Shown here: piece after piece, positions 9,515-19,037 of the stretch | Layout: the number at the start of each line of letters is the position of its first letter | Position numbering within the stretch: the stretch's first letter is position 1 | Assembly (NCBI GenBank): GCA_944362545.1 | Contig: CALVTJ010000005.1 | Location: 65,682-129,681, forward strand | Direction of reading: 5' to 3' | DNA: 64,000 nucleotides | Origin: an uncultured Clostridia bacterium | GTDB lineage: Bacteria > Bacillota > Clostridia > Christensenellales > UBA1242 | The notes under the pieces: generated by a model | Database searches by the model: none | Seen by the model: the letters and a program-made list of their open reading frames with translations, nothing else | Told to the model about the DNA's origin: nothing | Made by a program: the position numbers and the translations under genes

Positions 9515-9544
9515 ATTATATGACAGACTTTAAAAATTTGTCAA
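9515..9544 (-). promoter_or_regulatory. Promoter of the thrS T-box leader
   Basis: Minus strand reads TTGACA (9539-9544), 18-nt spacer, TATAAT (9515-9520). Confidence 0.6.
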
Positions 9545-9577
9545 GTTTTTTACCACAATTTTCCAAAGTTTTTTCTT

Positions 9578-10357
9578 TTACTTAAAGACCGAAAACTTGT
9601 CTATCTTCTCCACACTCTTATTGTAGCAGACATTGACTCTTTCTTCAAAGATTCTGCTGATAAAACCGGCCGTGTCATCATCATTTTGACAGAAAAAGTT
9701 GATTTTCTTTGGACAAAGTTCAATGAGCGAACTGACAAGCCCTTCTTTTGAAAGTTTGCTGTAAGGACATTCCCCTTCTTTTTCATGTTGTGGAGTGAGA
9801 AAATAGCCATTTTCATCTTCAAACACATTGATTTCATCTTCACAGACTTCCAAATTGTCAATCAAAAATCTCAATATGTCAAAAAATGCTTCATTGCTGA
9901 CAAGATAATCACTGTTTTCATTGGCTAGAGAGACAAGTTCTGCCCATTTTTCACGAAGTGTTTTGAGTTTAAAATAATAAAACGAGTCAAGATGTAAATT
10001 GCGTTCTAACTGTAAATTTTTGCTGATGAGATAAAAGTCCGTTTCTTTGTCAAAATTGATAAGTGCTTTTTTAAATGCCATCAAACTCATTTTTTCATGA
10101 AGTGGCAAGCGCAAATTTTCTGTCAAAAAGCGTTCTTTGTAAAAATTGCAAATCACTTTGATGACACACCTTTCAATCACACTCAAAGTTCTTGATTTTT
10201 CTTCAAGTGGACACGCCAAAAGGATGTAAAAGTTTTCAAACTCTTCATAACAAGTCACAACCACCCCAAATTCTGCAGTTTGCGCCTTCAAAGTTTGATA
10301 GACAAATCTGGCAATGTCAAGACTTTTTGAATTGACAGAAATGGAAAGTTCCCACAT
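9578..10357 (-). CDS. ytxC: YtxC-like putative sporulation protein
   Basis: 259 aa with no catalytic motifs. Composition and the position immediately upstream of T-box-thrS match the Bacillus/Clostridium ytxC-thrS arrangement. AAGGAG RBS. Confidence 0.5.
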   Translation of the reverse strand: MWELSISVNSKSLDIARFVYQTLKAQTAEFGVVVTCYEEFENFYILLACPLEEKSRTLSVIERCVIKVICNFYKERFLTENLRLPLHEKMSLMAFKKALINFDKETDFYLISKNLQLERNLHLDSFYYFKLKTLREKWAELVSLANENSDYLVSNEAFFDILRFLIDNLEVCEDEINVFEDENGYFLTPQHEKEGECPYSKLSKEGLVSSLIELCPKKINFFCQNDDDTAGFISRIFEERVNVCYNKSVEKIDKFSVFK

Positions 10358-10581
10358 AAAAACTCCTTATTTTTTGAAAAAACAGAATTGCAATCATCAA
10401 AAACGTTTTGGCAACAAAAAAAGAAAATTGCTCAAAAGCGAAAAGACTTTCACATGTCATATTGTATGCGACTGCAACAAAATTACTCTAAAATTTGGTT
10501 TTATTTTAAAAATATTATTTTTTATTTGACTTTTGACAAAAAGTTTAAGATAATAAAAACGAAAAGGAACAAGATAATCTC

Positions 10582-11445
10582 ATGAAGAAAAAATTGTCAA
10601 TTTTGCTCTTATCGGTGTTCATAGTTCCGCTCATCGCACTTTTTGGATGCGGTGAAGTTTCTTCTTACTCCGTTTCGGTGGAATCAAGTTCAACAATCTA
10701 TGGAAACACCTTTGTCAATGGTTCTTCTTCTGGACATGGAACATTCAATGAGGGGCAATCAATCAGTTTAACCGCAAATGCCTTAAATGGAAGCAGTTTC
10801 ATCTGCTGGGTATACCAAAAAAACACCGAGATTTCAAACAATGCTCCTTACATCATTTCAAACACCACCGATGAAAATGGCAAAATCACATCTAGCGTTT
10901 TAACCTTCAACATGAGTGCGACCACGCAAGGCAATTACACTGCCATTTTCGAAGATGGAAAAATGATGTATACCAAACTTCAATCACTTCGTATAACATC
11001 CACTCCGGATGTTGCAGGTGAAGAAGATGATTTGTCAAAAGAGCCTCTCATGAGCGCAAACATAACAGTTTCACAAGGTCAGTCATCAGCGATGCTTTCC
11101 ACCGCCTACTCTGCCGAGGGCTTAGAAATCAAAGACAATGTTCTCATTCATCCAGAAAATGTCACACAGGTTTTAAATCTTTCGGCTTCGGCAAACCGCA
11201 TCATAACAGCATCAACACAAATGACACTTGGCGAGCGCACAATCACCATAAACTTTCGTGCAGAGGTTGGTTTTCAACAAAACTCCCCTTGGACAACTGC
11301 CAACAACTATCGTTATAAAGTGGATTATGCAAACGAGACATATACTTTGACATTTGCATTTCAAACGGATGCTGACACAACATATTATTTGGTTTTGGAA
11401 TATGCAAATTTGCAGGCATCAACTCCACAAACACAGATAATATAA
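10582..11445 (+). CDS. Orphan lipoprotein with an N-terminal divergent InlB B-repeat-like segment
   Basis: Signal peptide with lipobox LFGC. The segment YSVSVESS...GQSISLTANALNGSSFICWVY...YTAIFE resembles a divergent InlB B-repeat. The rest is unrecognised. Confidence 0.6.
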   Translation: MKKKLSILLLSVFIVPLIALFGCGEVSSYSVSVESSSTIYGNTFVNGSSSGHGTFNEGQSISLTANALNGSSFICWVYQKNTEISNNAPYIISNTTDENGKITSSVLTFNMSATTQGNYTAIFEDGKMMYTKLQSLRITSTPDVAGEEDDLSKEPLMSANITVSQGQSSAMLSTAYSAEGLEIKDNVLIHPENVTQVLNLSASANRIITASTQMTLGERTITINFRAEVGFQQNSPWTTANNYRYKVDYANETYTLTFAFQTDADTTYYLVLEYANLQASTPQTQII

Positions 11446-11474
11446 AAAACAAAATAAAAAACAAATTTTCAAAA

Positions 11475-11506
11475 CAAAAAACAGCACATATATGTGTTGT
11501 TTTTTC
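11475..11506. terminator. Intrinsic terminator between the lipoprotein gene and truA
   Basis: Stem ACAGCACA (11481-11488) pairs with TGTGTTGT (11493-11500) with one G-T pair. A-run and T-run flank it. Confidence 0.6.
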
Positions 11507-11555
11507 GTTTATAAAAATTGCGAAAAATCAAATTTTGCCATAAATGTTCAAAAAC

Positions 11556-12296
11556 CTAGCACCTGTATTCAACTTTTTGAAGATAAAGTCCATTTGCAGA
11601 CATGGTCTTGCCCGCATATTGTCGATTTCCAGTTTCAAGCGCCTTTTTGACATTTTCCGCTGAAAGTTTTCCGCGACCAACATCCAAAAGAGTCCCAACA
11701 ATTATGCGCACCATGTTATATAAAAAGCCATTGCCGATAACGAGAAAAGTGATGATTTTTCCACATTTTGAAATCTTCAAATCAAAGATTTCTCTTTCAA
11801 AATTTTTCACATTTGTGTGTGCACTGCAAAAGCCTTTGAAGTTGTGCTTGCCAAGCAAAAGTTTTGAAGTATCTTGCATTCTTTTCAATTCCACTTGATA
11901 AGGATAAAATGCCACAAGGTCATGCTTTATGGCATCTCTGTCACCGCCAATTTGGACAAGATATTTATAAACCTTTTTCTTTGCAGAAAAACGTGCATGA
12001 AAATTTTCCTCCGCTTTTTCCACCTTTTTTATGGTCACATCAGCAGGAAGTAAATCATTGAGGGCAATCTTAAAATTTTTAAGTGGCATTTGGTTTTCTG
12101 TCTGCACACTTGCCACCTGACCGAGTGCATGAACACCTTTGTCCGTTCTGCCACTGCCCTCCACTGTCACGCTTTCACCAGTCAGCGACAAAAAGGCATC
12201 TTCCAAGGTTTGCTGAACTGTGCGCTTGCCGTTCTGTTTTTGCCAACCTGAAAAATTTGCGCCATTATATTCTATTGTCAATTTCAAGTTTCTCAT
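11556..12296 (-). CDS. truA: tRNA pseudouridine(38-40) synthase TruA
   Basis: MRNLKLTIEYNGANFSGWQKQ and the GRTDKGVHA catalytic Asp motif. Confidence 0.92.
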   Translation of the reverse strand: MRNLKLTIEYNGANFSGWQKQNGKRTVQQTLEDAFLSLTGESVTVEGSGRTDKGVHALGQVASVQTENQMPLKNFKIALNDLLPADVTIKKVEKAEENFHARFSAKKKVYKYLVQIGGDRDAIKHDLVAFYPYQVELKRMQDTSKLLLGKHNFKGFCSAHTNVKNFEREIFDLKISKCGKIITFLVIGNGFLYNMVRIIVGTLLDVGRGKLSAENVKKALETGNRQYAGKTMSANGLYLQKVEYRC

Positions 12297-12302
12297 AGAG
12301 AT

Positions 12303-12331
12303 ATTTTACTAAAAATAAATTTAATAATCAA
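12303..12331 (-). promoter_or_regulatory. Promoter abutting the truA start codon (leaderless configuration)
   Basis: Minus strand reads TTGATT (12326-12331), 17-nt spacer, TAAAAT (12303-12308), then ATCTCT, then ATG. No SD. Confidence 0.5.
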
Positions 12332-12432
12332 ATAAAAACATAAAATAAATTTGACTAAAAGCGAAGAAAAGTTTTAAACTTAAACTAGAAACAACCTTGC
12401 TTTACCAAAGATAACTTTCAAAGGAGAAGAAG

Positions 12433-15400
12433 ATGAAAAAAGTTGTTGATGGAAACACAGCCACTGCCATGGTGGCATACAAATTGTCGGAAGTGATACC
12501 AATCTATCCAATCACACCATCTTCGCCGATGGCGGAATATTGTGATGGAGAGGTTTCTCAGGGCAAAAAGAATATTTTTGGAGAACTTCCAACCCTTGTC
12601 GAAATGCAAGCCGAAAGCGGAGTTGCAGGCACACTTCACGGAAGTCTTTGCTCTGGAGCCATGACCACAACCTTCACATCAAGCCAAGGACTTTTGCTGA
12701 TGATACCAAACCTTTACAAACTCGCTGGCGAGCATCTGCCCGCTGTCATCCATGTCGCAGCACGCACCCTTGCCACACATGCACTTTCAATTTTTGGAGA
12801 CCACAGCGATGTCATGGCAACTCGACAGACCGGTTGCATTTTGCTTTCATCTGCATCCGTTCAACAGGCTCACGACTTTGCACTTGTTGCACACATTTTG
12901 GCATACAAAACATCTCTGCCGGTCATCCACTTTTTTGATGGATTTAGAACATCTCATGAAATTCAAAAAATAGATGTGGTCAGCGATGATATTATCAAAA
13001 AACTTCTTCCAAAAGCAGAAATCAAAAAGTTTAAAGCAAGCAGAATGACTCCCGATGCTCCTTATCAAAAAGGAACAGCACAAAATCCGGATGTCTTCTT
13101 CCAAAATCGCGAACTTTCAACGCAGAGTTATGTCAATGTGTTTGAAACTTTGCAGGAGATTTTGAAGGAATTTGGAGGCTTGACAGGAAGATATTATTCT
13201 CCATTTGACCTTGTCGGTGCGAAAAGACCAAAAAATGTCATCATCAGCATGGGCTCATCTTGTCAAACCATTGAAGAAGTGTTGACAACGGACAAGGTTC
13301 TGGCAAAAGACACAGCACTTGTTGATGTTCATCTCTATCGCCCATTCGACTATGAAAAATTCTACAAACTGCTTCCAAAATCGGTGGAAAAGGTCATTGT
13401 TCTTGACCGAACAAAAGAGTGTGGCGCAAGAGAACCACTCTATCTTGATGTGACCACCGCCCTTAGAGAACGCCCAAACATCAAAATTGTTGGCGGAAGA
13501 TACGGACTTGGTGGAAAAGAATTTACACCTGCCATGGTCAAGGCGATCATTGAAAACTTCAAAACCATGAAAGATAACTTCACTGTCGGCATTGAAGATG
13601 ATGTTTCGCACAGTTCGCTTCCTGTTGAAGAATACCACAGCAAAATCAAAAATTTCCAGATGAAGTTTTACGGCCTTGGCTCTGATGGAACAGTTTCAGC
13701 CAGCAAAAACACCATCAAAATTTTGGGAGAAGAACTCGACAAATATGTTCAGGGCTATTTTGAATATGACAGCAAAAAGAGCGGGAGTTTGACACGCAGT
13801 CATGTCAGAGTCAGCGACAATCCAATCATGAGCACCTATCTTGTGCAAAATCCTGACATAATCACAATCAACAACTTCTCATTTGTGCACAGATACAACT
13901 GTCTTGAAGGACTCAAACAAAACGGCAAAGTGCTGATAAACACTGTCTTTTCGGCAGATGAAGTTGACAGGGTTTTGCCGGATATTTACAAGAAAATTTT
14001 GCAAGAAAAGCATGCCACACTCTATGTTATCAACGCCCAAAAACTTGCCGAACAGGTCGGGCTTGGAAACAAGATAAACACCATCATGCAAACGGCACTT
14101 TTCAAAGTGTCAAACATCATTCCATTCGACGTCGCAAAAGTGCAGATTGAAAAATACATCACCAAAACCTTCACAAAGAAGGGCAAGAAGACTGTGGAGA
14201 AAAACTTGAAAGCTTCTAGACTTGCAGAAACACAGATCTTCAAGGTTGACACCTCCAAATTCACTTTCAAGGGCATCAATTTGACAGAAAAGAAGATACG
14301 CGACAAATTCTATCAAAAGATTATGAAACCAATTGAAAAACTCGAGGGCGACAAAATCCCTGTTTCGGCATTTGATAAGTGCGGAATCATTCCAAACGGC
14401 ACAGCAGTGTTTGAAAAACGCGGAATCGCCGCCCACCTGCCACAGTGGTTGCCACTAAACTGCATTCAATGTGGTCAATGTGTCATTTCCTGCCCACACA
14501 ACGCCATTAGACCGGTTTTGGTCAAAGGGGAGACTCCAGAAGAGATTGAATTTGCCAAAGCGTTTGGCATGAATGGCTACTTCTATCGACTGCAAGTCAG
14601 CCCAGAAGATTGCACCGGTTGCGGAGTCTGTGCAAACACCTGTCCTGCTCCAAACAAGGCACTTGTCATGAAACCGGCAGAAGAAATTTCGGAAATGGAA
14701 AAGAAAAATTACCACAAACTGTCAAAAATCAAGTGCGAAACACAAACACCTTTCTCCACAGACCTGCCAAAAGGTTTGCAGTTTAAGGATTGTTATTTTG
14801 GCTTCTCTGGTGCATGCGGTGGATGCGGTGAAACACCTTACATCAAACTTGCCACCACTCTGTTTGGCAACCAAATGGTGATTGCAAATGCCACAGGATG
14901 TTCCAGCATTTATGGTGGTTCTTATCCATCATGCCCATATCTTGTCGATGAAAACGGCAAAGGTCCTGCATGGGCAAACTCACTGTTTGAAGACAACGCC
15001 GAATTTGGTCTTGGAATTAAACTTGGAAGCAAATACACCGCCAAAGAAAAGCAGAGTGTTTGGATAATCGGTGGAGATGGCTGGGCTTATGACATCGGCT
15101 ATGGAGGACTTGACCATGTGCTCAACCGAAACGACAATGTCAACATCCTTGTGCTTGACAGTGAAGTCTATTCCAACACCGGCGGACAGGCATCAAAGGC
15201 CACACCAAGAGGTGCAATGGTCAAATTTGCAAATTCAGGCAAAACAACCAAGAAAAAGGATTTAGTGGCACTTGCTATTGCATCCAAAAACTGTTATGTC
15301 GCCCAAGTCAGCCTTGGCGCAAACATGAACCAGTGCATCAAAGCATTCAAAGAAGCCGAGGCATTTGATGGACCGAGTTTGATTGTGGCATATTGTCCAT

Positions 15401-15690
15401 GCGTAAATCACGGCTTTGACATGTCACAGACTATGAACGAAATGAAAAAAGCGGTCGAGTGTGGTTATTGGTCACTTTTGAGATACAATCCAAAGACCAA
15501 CTCACTCTCACTTGACAGCCAAAGCAATTTTGACAAATATGAAGATTACTTAAACGGCGAAACGCGTTTCAGTGCCATCAAAGAACTTCGCGGAGAAGAG
15601 GCGGAAAAACTGCTTGAAGAAAGCAAACAAGATGCCGAAGAGCGCCTTGCGACCATCAAACGACTCATAAAAGATGAACAAAACGCGTAA
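12433..15690 (+). CDS. nifJ: Pyruvate:ferredoxin (flavodoxin) oxidoreductase
   Basis: 1085 aa. Two 4Fe-4S motifs (CIQCGQCVISCP, CTGCGVCANTCP). TPP region GGDGWAYDIGYGGLDH...SNTGGQ. AAAGGAG RBS. Confidence 0.93.
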   Translation: MKKVVDGNTATAMVAYKLSEVIPIYPITPSSPMAEYCDGEVSQGKKNIFGELPTLVEMQAESGVAGTLHGSLCSGAMTTTFTSSQGLLLMIPNLYKLAGEHLPAVIHVAARTLATHALSIFGDHSDVMATRQTGCILLSSASVQQAHDFALVAHILAYKTSLPVIHFFDGFRTSHEIQKIDVVSDDIIKKLLPKAEIKKFKASRMTPDAPYQKGTAQNPDVFFQNRELSTQSYVNVFETLQEILKEFGGLTGRYYSPFDLVGAKRPKNVIISMGSSCQTIEEVLTTDKVLAKDTALVDVHLYRPFDYEKFYKLLPKSVEKVIVLDRTKECGAREPLYLDVTTALRERPNIKIVGGRYGLGGKEFTPAMVKAIIENFKTMKDNFTVGIEDDVSHSSLPVEEYHSKIKNFQMKFYGLGSDGTVSASKNTIKILGEELDKYVQGYFEYDSKKSGSLTRSHVRVSDNPIMSTYLVQNPDIITINNFSFVHRYNCLEGLKQNGKVLINTVFSADEVDRVLPDIYKKILQEKHATLYVINAQKLAEQVGLGNKINTIMQTALFKVSNIIPFDVAKVQIEKYITKTFTKKGKKTVEKNLKASRLAETQIFKVDTSKFTFKGINLTEKKIRDKFYQKIMKPIEKLEGDKIPVSAFDKCGIIPNGTAVFEKRGIAAHLPQWLPLNCIQCGQCVISCPHNAIRPVLVKGETPEEIEFAKAFGMNGYFYRLQVSPEDCTGCGVCANTCPAPNKALVMKPAEEISEMEKKNYHKLSKIKCETQTPFSTDLPKGLQFKDCYFGFSGACGGCGETPYIKLATTLFGNQMVIANATGCSSIYGGSYPSCPYLVDENGKGPAWANSLFEDNAEFGLGIKLGSKYTAKEKQSVWIIGGDGWAYDIGYGGLDHVLNRNDNVNILVLDSEVYSNTGGQASKATPRGAMVKFANSGKTTKKKDLVALAIASKNCYVAQVSLGANMNQCIKAFKEAEAFDGPSLIVAYCPCVNHGFDMSQTMNEMKKAVECGYWSLLRYNPKTNSLSLDSQSNFDKYEDYLNGETRFSAIKELRGEEAEKLLEESKQDAEERLATIKRLIKDEQNA

Positions 15691-15777
15691 AATAAATTTG
15701 ACAAAAGAAGATAAATATTTTAAAATAACTACATTCAAACAATTCAAACAAAATTTCAAATTGAAAGGTTAAAGATT

Positions 15778-16506
15778 ATGGATTTATTCAAAACTTGGCT
15801 GGTGGAAACACCAATTGCGCACAGAGGTTTGCACGACAAAAACACACCTGAAAATTCTCTTAGTGCTTTTGCAAAAGCGGTTGAAAAAGGTTATGCAATC
15901 GAACTTGATGTTCAACTTTTGGCAGATGGAACAGTTGTGGTGTTCCATGATGATTCGCTGGCGAGAATGACTGGCAATGATGGATACATAAAGTATCTCA
16001 ACAAGGATGATTTGAAAGCCCTCAAACTCAAAGGCTCAAAAGAGACTATTCCAACCTTTGAAGAAGCACTCAAGGTCATTGATGGCAGAGTGCCGGTTTT
16101 GATTGAAATCAAAAACCAATACAAAGTCGGAAAACTCGAACAAGAAGTGATTGACATTTTGAAAAATTATCAAGGAGAATATGCTGTTCAATCCTTCAAT
16201 CCATTTTCACTTGGCTATTTGAAAGAACATGCTCCAAACATCTTGCGCGGACAACTTTCAGGCACATTCAAACATTCCAAACTTGCATGGATAAAGAGAT
16301 TTTTGCTCAAAAGAATGCGTTTCAACAAAAAAGTCAGTGAACCACACTTCATTTCATATGAAGCATCCGCTCTTCCAAACCGTTTTGTGAGAAAATATAA
16401 AAAACTTCCTCTTCTTGCTTGGACTGTAAGGAGCAAAGAAGAATACCTCAAAGTGGTGAAGTATTGCGACAACATCATCTTTGAAAAATTTGATCCAGAA
16501 ATTTAA
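15778..16506 (+). CDS. Glycerophosphodiester phosphodiesterase family protein
   Basis: IAHRGLHD...ENSLSAF...GYAIELDVQ...VVFHDDSL GDPD motifs. Confidence 0.85.
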   Translation: MDLFKTWLVETPIAHRGLHDKNTPENSLSAFAKAVEKGYAIELDVQLLADGTVVVFHDDSLARMTGNDGYIKYLNKDDLKALKLKGSKETIPTFEEALKVIDGRVPVLIEIKNQYKVGKLEQEVIDILKNYQGEYAVQSFNPFSLGYLKEHAPNILRGQLSGTFKHSKLAWIKRFLLKRMRFNKKVSEPHFISYEASALPNRFVRKYKKLPLLAWTVRSKEEYLKVVKYCDNIIFEKFDPEI

Positions 16507-16513
16507 CAAAAAC

Positions 16514-16545
16514 AAAACTCTGCAATAGTTATGCAGAGTTTTTTC
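16514..16545. terminator. Bidirectional intrinsic terminator between the GDPD gene and glmS
   Basis: Stem AAACTCTGCA (16515-16524) pairs with TGCAGAGTTT (16532-16541), followed by a T-run. Confidence 0.7.
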
Positions 16546-16587
16546 TTGTCTATAAATTCTCAAAATGACAATCAACATGGTGTTTAA

Positions 16588-18330
16588 TCACTCCACTGTC
16601 ACCGACTTTGCAAGATTTCGTGGTTTGTCGGGATTAAGTCCAAGTTTTGTGGCATATGCAAAAGCCAAAAATTGCAATGGCACAATGCCAACAATCGGCA
16701 TCAAAAATTCTTCAAATTTCGCAAGTGGCACAAACATATCAACATCCACCATAGGCTCAAATTGTGACAACAACAAAATTTTTCCACCACGTGCTTTGAC
16801 TTCTTGAATGTTGCTCTCCATTTTTTCTTTCAGTGAAAATTGTGTGGAAAGTGCAATGACAAGAGTCTGCCCATCGACAAGTGCAAGTGTGCCGTGCTTT
16901 AACTCTCCTCCCGCCATACCCAAGCAGTTTACATAAGCAATTTCCTTTAATTTCAAAGCACCCTCAAGACTTGTCACATAGTCCTGTTGTCTGCCAATGA
17001 AGAAGATTTTTTTGAAACCAGAGACAAAATTGACCACATTTTCATCCGGTTTTTCAATTTCAAAGGTGTTAGAAAAATTTTTCAAGATTTGAGAATAATT
17101 GTGACCTGAAATTTTTAGTGCCAAAATCAACAGAGTAAACACCTGCGCCGTGTAGGCTTTTGTTGAAGCCACCGCCACCTCTTTGCCAGCAAAGGTTGGC
17201 AAAACAAATTTTGTTAAATTGTTGAGCGAACAATACGGCACATTTGTCACCGCCATTGTGTCAAATCCCCTGTTTGCAACAATCTCTGCACAGGCAATCG
17301 TGTCTGCCGTTTCTCCACTTTGACTGACAAAAACATAAAGGCATTTTTTACTTAAAACATTGTCATCATATCTAAATTCACTCGCTACCGAAACTTCACA
17401 CTTTTTATGGCAAAATTTTTGAATAAATCGAGCGCCCAGCAAAGCACTATGAAAGGCTGTTCCACAAGCAATAAAATGGAAAGATTTATATTTTTTCAAA
17501 TCATCAAACTGCAGAAAAACATTCTCCACAAAATATTTGAAAAATGTTCTTTTAATCACCAAAGATTGCTCTTTGATTTCTTTGAGCATAAAATATTTTT
17601 CACTGTTATTTTCTTCACAAAAATCACAATTTTTAATAAAAATAGCATTTTTTTCAATTTTTTTGCCATTTTTATCAAAAAAAAGAATGTTTTTATTGTC
17701 CATTACAGCAAATTCATTGTCGTTCATTATATAGCAAGTCTCAAATCTTCCAGCAAAAACCGACATATCACTTGATGCCATGCATCCGTGTTCGTTTTTT
17801 GCCACCATGAGCGGGCTTTTGCGTTTGGCTAGATAAATTTTTTGCTCTTTTTCATGCTGAAGACAGAGAGCAAAACTTCCTTCCACCAAACTGCATGCAC
17901 TTATCAATTTTTGCAGTGTTGAACCTTGTTGTTTTGCTATTAAATTAACCAAAACTTCGGTGTCCGTTTGTGACAAAAAGTCAATATCTGAAAGCAACTT
18001 TTCACGCAAAGTCTCGAAATTTTCCACAATTCCATTGTGCACCAAAGCATATCTTTTGTCCTGTGACAAATGTGGATGTGCATTCTCGAAACTGACCTTG
18101 CCGTGCGTAGCCCAACGCGTGTGACCAATGACATTGTTAGAATAAAGACTGTTGTCAATTTCTTTTTCCAAATTCTTGATTTCTCCAATGCTCTTTATTA
18201 CTTTTATTTTGCCATTATCAAAATAGGCAATTCCGCTGGAATCATATCCACGATATTCCAATTTTTTCAATCCATTCAGGACTTCAAAAATTTTATTTTC
18301 ACCCCCAATTGCACTGCAAATACCGCACAT
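16588..18330 (-). CDS. glmS: Glutamine--fructose-6-phosphate aminotransferase
   Basis: MCGICSAIGG N-terminal nucleophile, two SIS domains and C-terminal KPRNLAKSVTVE. The start is moved to ATG 18328-18330 with an AGGAG RBS. Confidence 0.93.
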   Translation of the reverse strand: MCGICSAIGGENKIFEVLNGLKKLEYRGYDSSGIAYFDNGKIKVIKSIGEIKNLEKEIDNSLYSNNVIGHTRWATHGKVSFENAHPHLSQDKRYALVHNGIVENFETLREKLLSDIDFLSQTDTEVLVNLIAKQQGSTLQKLISACSLVEGSFALCLQHEKEQKIYLAKRKSPLMVAKNEHGCMASSDMSVFAGRFETCYIMNDNEFAVMDNKNILFFDKNGKKIEKNAIFIKNCDFCEENNSEKYFMLKEIKEQSLVIKRTFFKYFVENVFLQFDDLKKYKSFHFIACGTAFHSALLGARFIQKFCHKKCEVSVASEFRYDDNVLSKKCLYVFVSQSGETADTIACAEIVANRGFDTMAVTNVPYCSLNNLTKFVLPTFAGKEVAVASTKAYTAQVFTLLILALKISGHNYSQILKNFSNTFEIEKPDENVVNFVSGFKKIFFIGRQQDYVTSLEGALKLKEIAYVNCLGMAGGELKHGTLALVDGQTLVIALSTQFSLKEKMESNIQEVKARGGKILLLSQFEPMVDVDMFVPLAKFEEFLMPIVGIVPLQFLAFAYATKLGLNPDKPRNLAKSVTVE

Positions 18331-18339
18331 AAAATTGCT

Positions 18340-18376
18340 CCTAAAACAAAAATTTGAGCAACAAATTTTGCTCAAT
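18340..18376 (-). promoter_or_regulatory. Terminator-like hairpin in the glmS 5' UTR
   Basis: Minus strand stem TTGAGCAA / TTGCTCAA (18354-18375, 8 bp, 6-nt loop), followed by ATTTTTGTTTT directly before the SD. Confidence 0.4.
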
Positions 18377-18405
18377 ATCTTATATGTTTTAGTGGCTCCA
18401 TTGTT

Positions 18406-18438
18406 GACAAAAAAAGACAAGCAACTTCAGCCTGTCTT
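18406..18438 (-). terminator. Intrinsic terminator after rsmD
   Basis: Minus strand AGACAGGC...GCTTGTCT stem, then TTTTTTT. Confidence 0.65.
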
Positions 18439-18449
18439 CTTGTTTTCTT

Positions 18450-18986
18450 TTAATTATCTTGTTTATTTAAATATGTCAGCATGATATTTCCATACTTTTT
18501 CTCATCAAAAACATTAAATGGAGAATAATCAAACTTGTCCAAACTGTTGTGCTCACAAACAATAATTCCATCATCCGTGAGCAAATTTCGTTCAGAAATC
18601 TTTTTTAAAACTTTTTCATAAAGCCCACTCTTATATGGCGGGTCGAGAATAATCAAATCAAACTGTTTCTCGCATTTATCAAGAAAAATGTTTGCATCAC
18701 ACTTTGCAACTTTTGCGATAATGCCCATGTTTTTTAAATTGGTTTTTGTCATCTGCACACTTCTAGAATCTTTGTCCACAAAAACAACTTCTTCGGCCCC
18801 ACGACTGAGGGCTTCAATGCCCATTGCTCCAGTCCCACAAAAAAGGTCGAGCACATTTTTGCCAGGCAAGAAAAATTGCAACTTGACAAAAAGTGCTTGT
18901 CTAACCTTATCAGTGGTTGGTCTTATATGTTCAAACTTGTTGTCAAGAAGTTTTCTACCCTTAAATTTTCCAGAATCAATTCTCAT
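18450..18986 (-). CDS. rsmD: 16S rRNA (guanine966-N2)-methyltransferase RsmD
   Basis: RPTTDKVRQALF, DLFCGTGAMGIEALSRGA and LDPPY motifs. Confidence 0.9.
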   Translation of the reverse strand: MRIDSGKFKGRKLLDNKFEHIRPTTDKVRQALFVKLQFFLPGKNVLDLFCGTGAMGIEALSRGAEEVVFVDKDSRSVQMTKTNLKNMGIIAKVAKCDANIFLDKCEKQFDLIILDPPYKSGLYEKVLKKISERNLLTDDGIIVCEHNSLDKFDYSPFNVFDEKKYGNIMLTYLNKQDN

Positions 18987-18992
18987 ATTTTT

Positions 18993-19021
18993 ATGATACC
19001 ATTTTTCTTGTATTTTTTCAA
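18993..19021 (-). promoter_or_regulatory. Extended -10 promoter abutting the rsmD start (leaderless configuration)
   Basis: Minus strand reads TTGAAA (19016-19021), 17-nt spacer ending in TGG, TATCAT (18993-18998), AAAAAT, ATG. No SD. Confidence 0.55.
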
Positions 19022-19037
19022 CTTAAAATATCCCATT

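Noticed and set aside
18331-18449. Expected glmS ribozyme upstream of glmS
   Set aside because: The spacer is only ~120 nt and partly occupied by the rsmD terminator. No ribozyme core sequence is recognisable.
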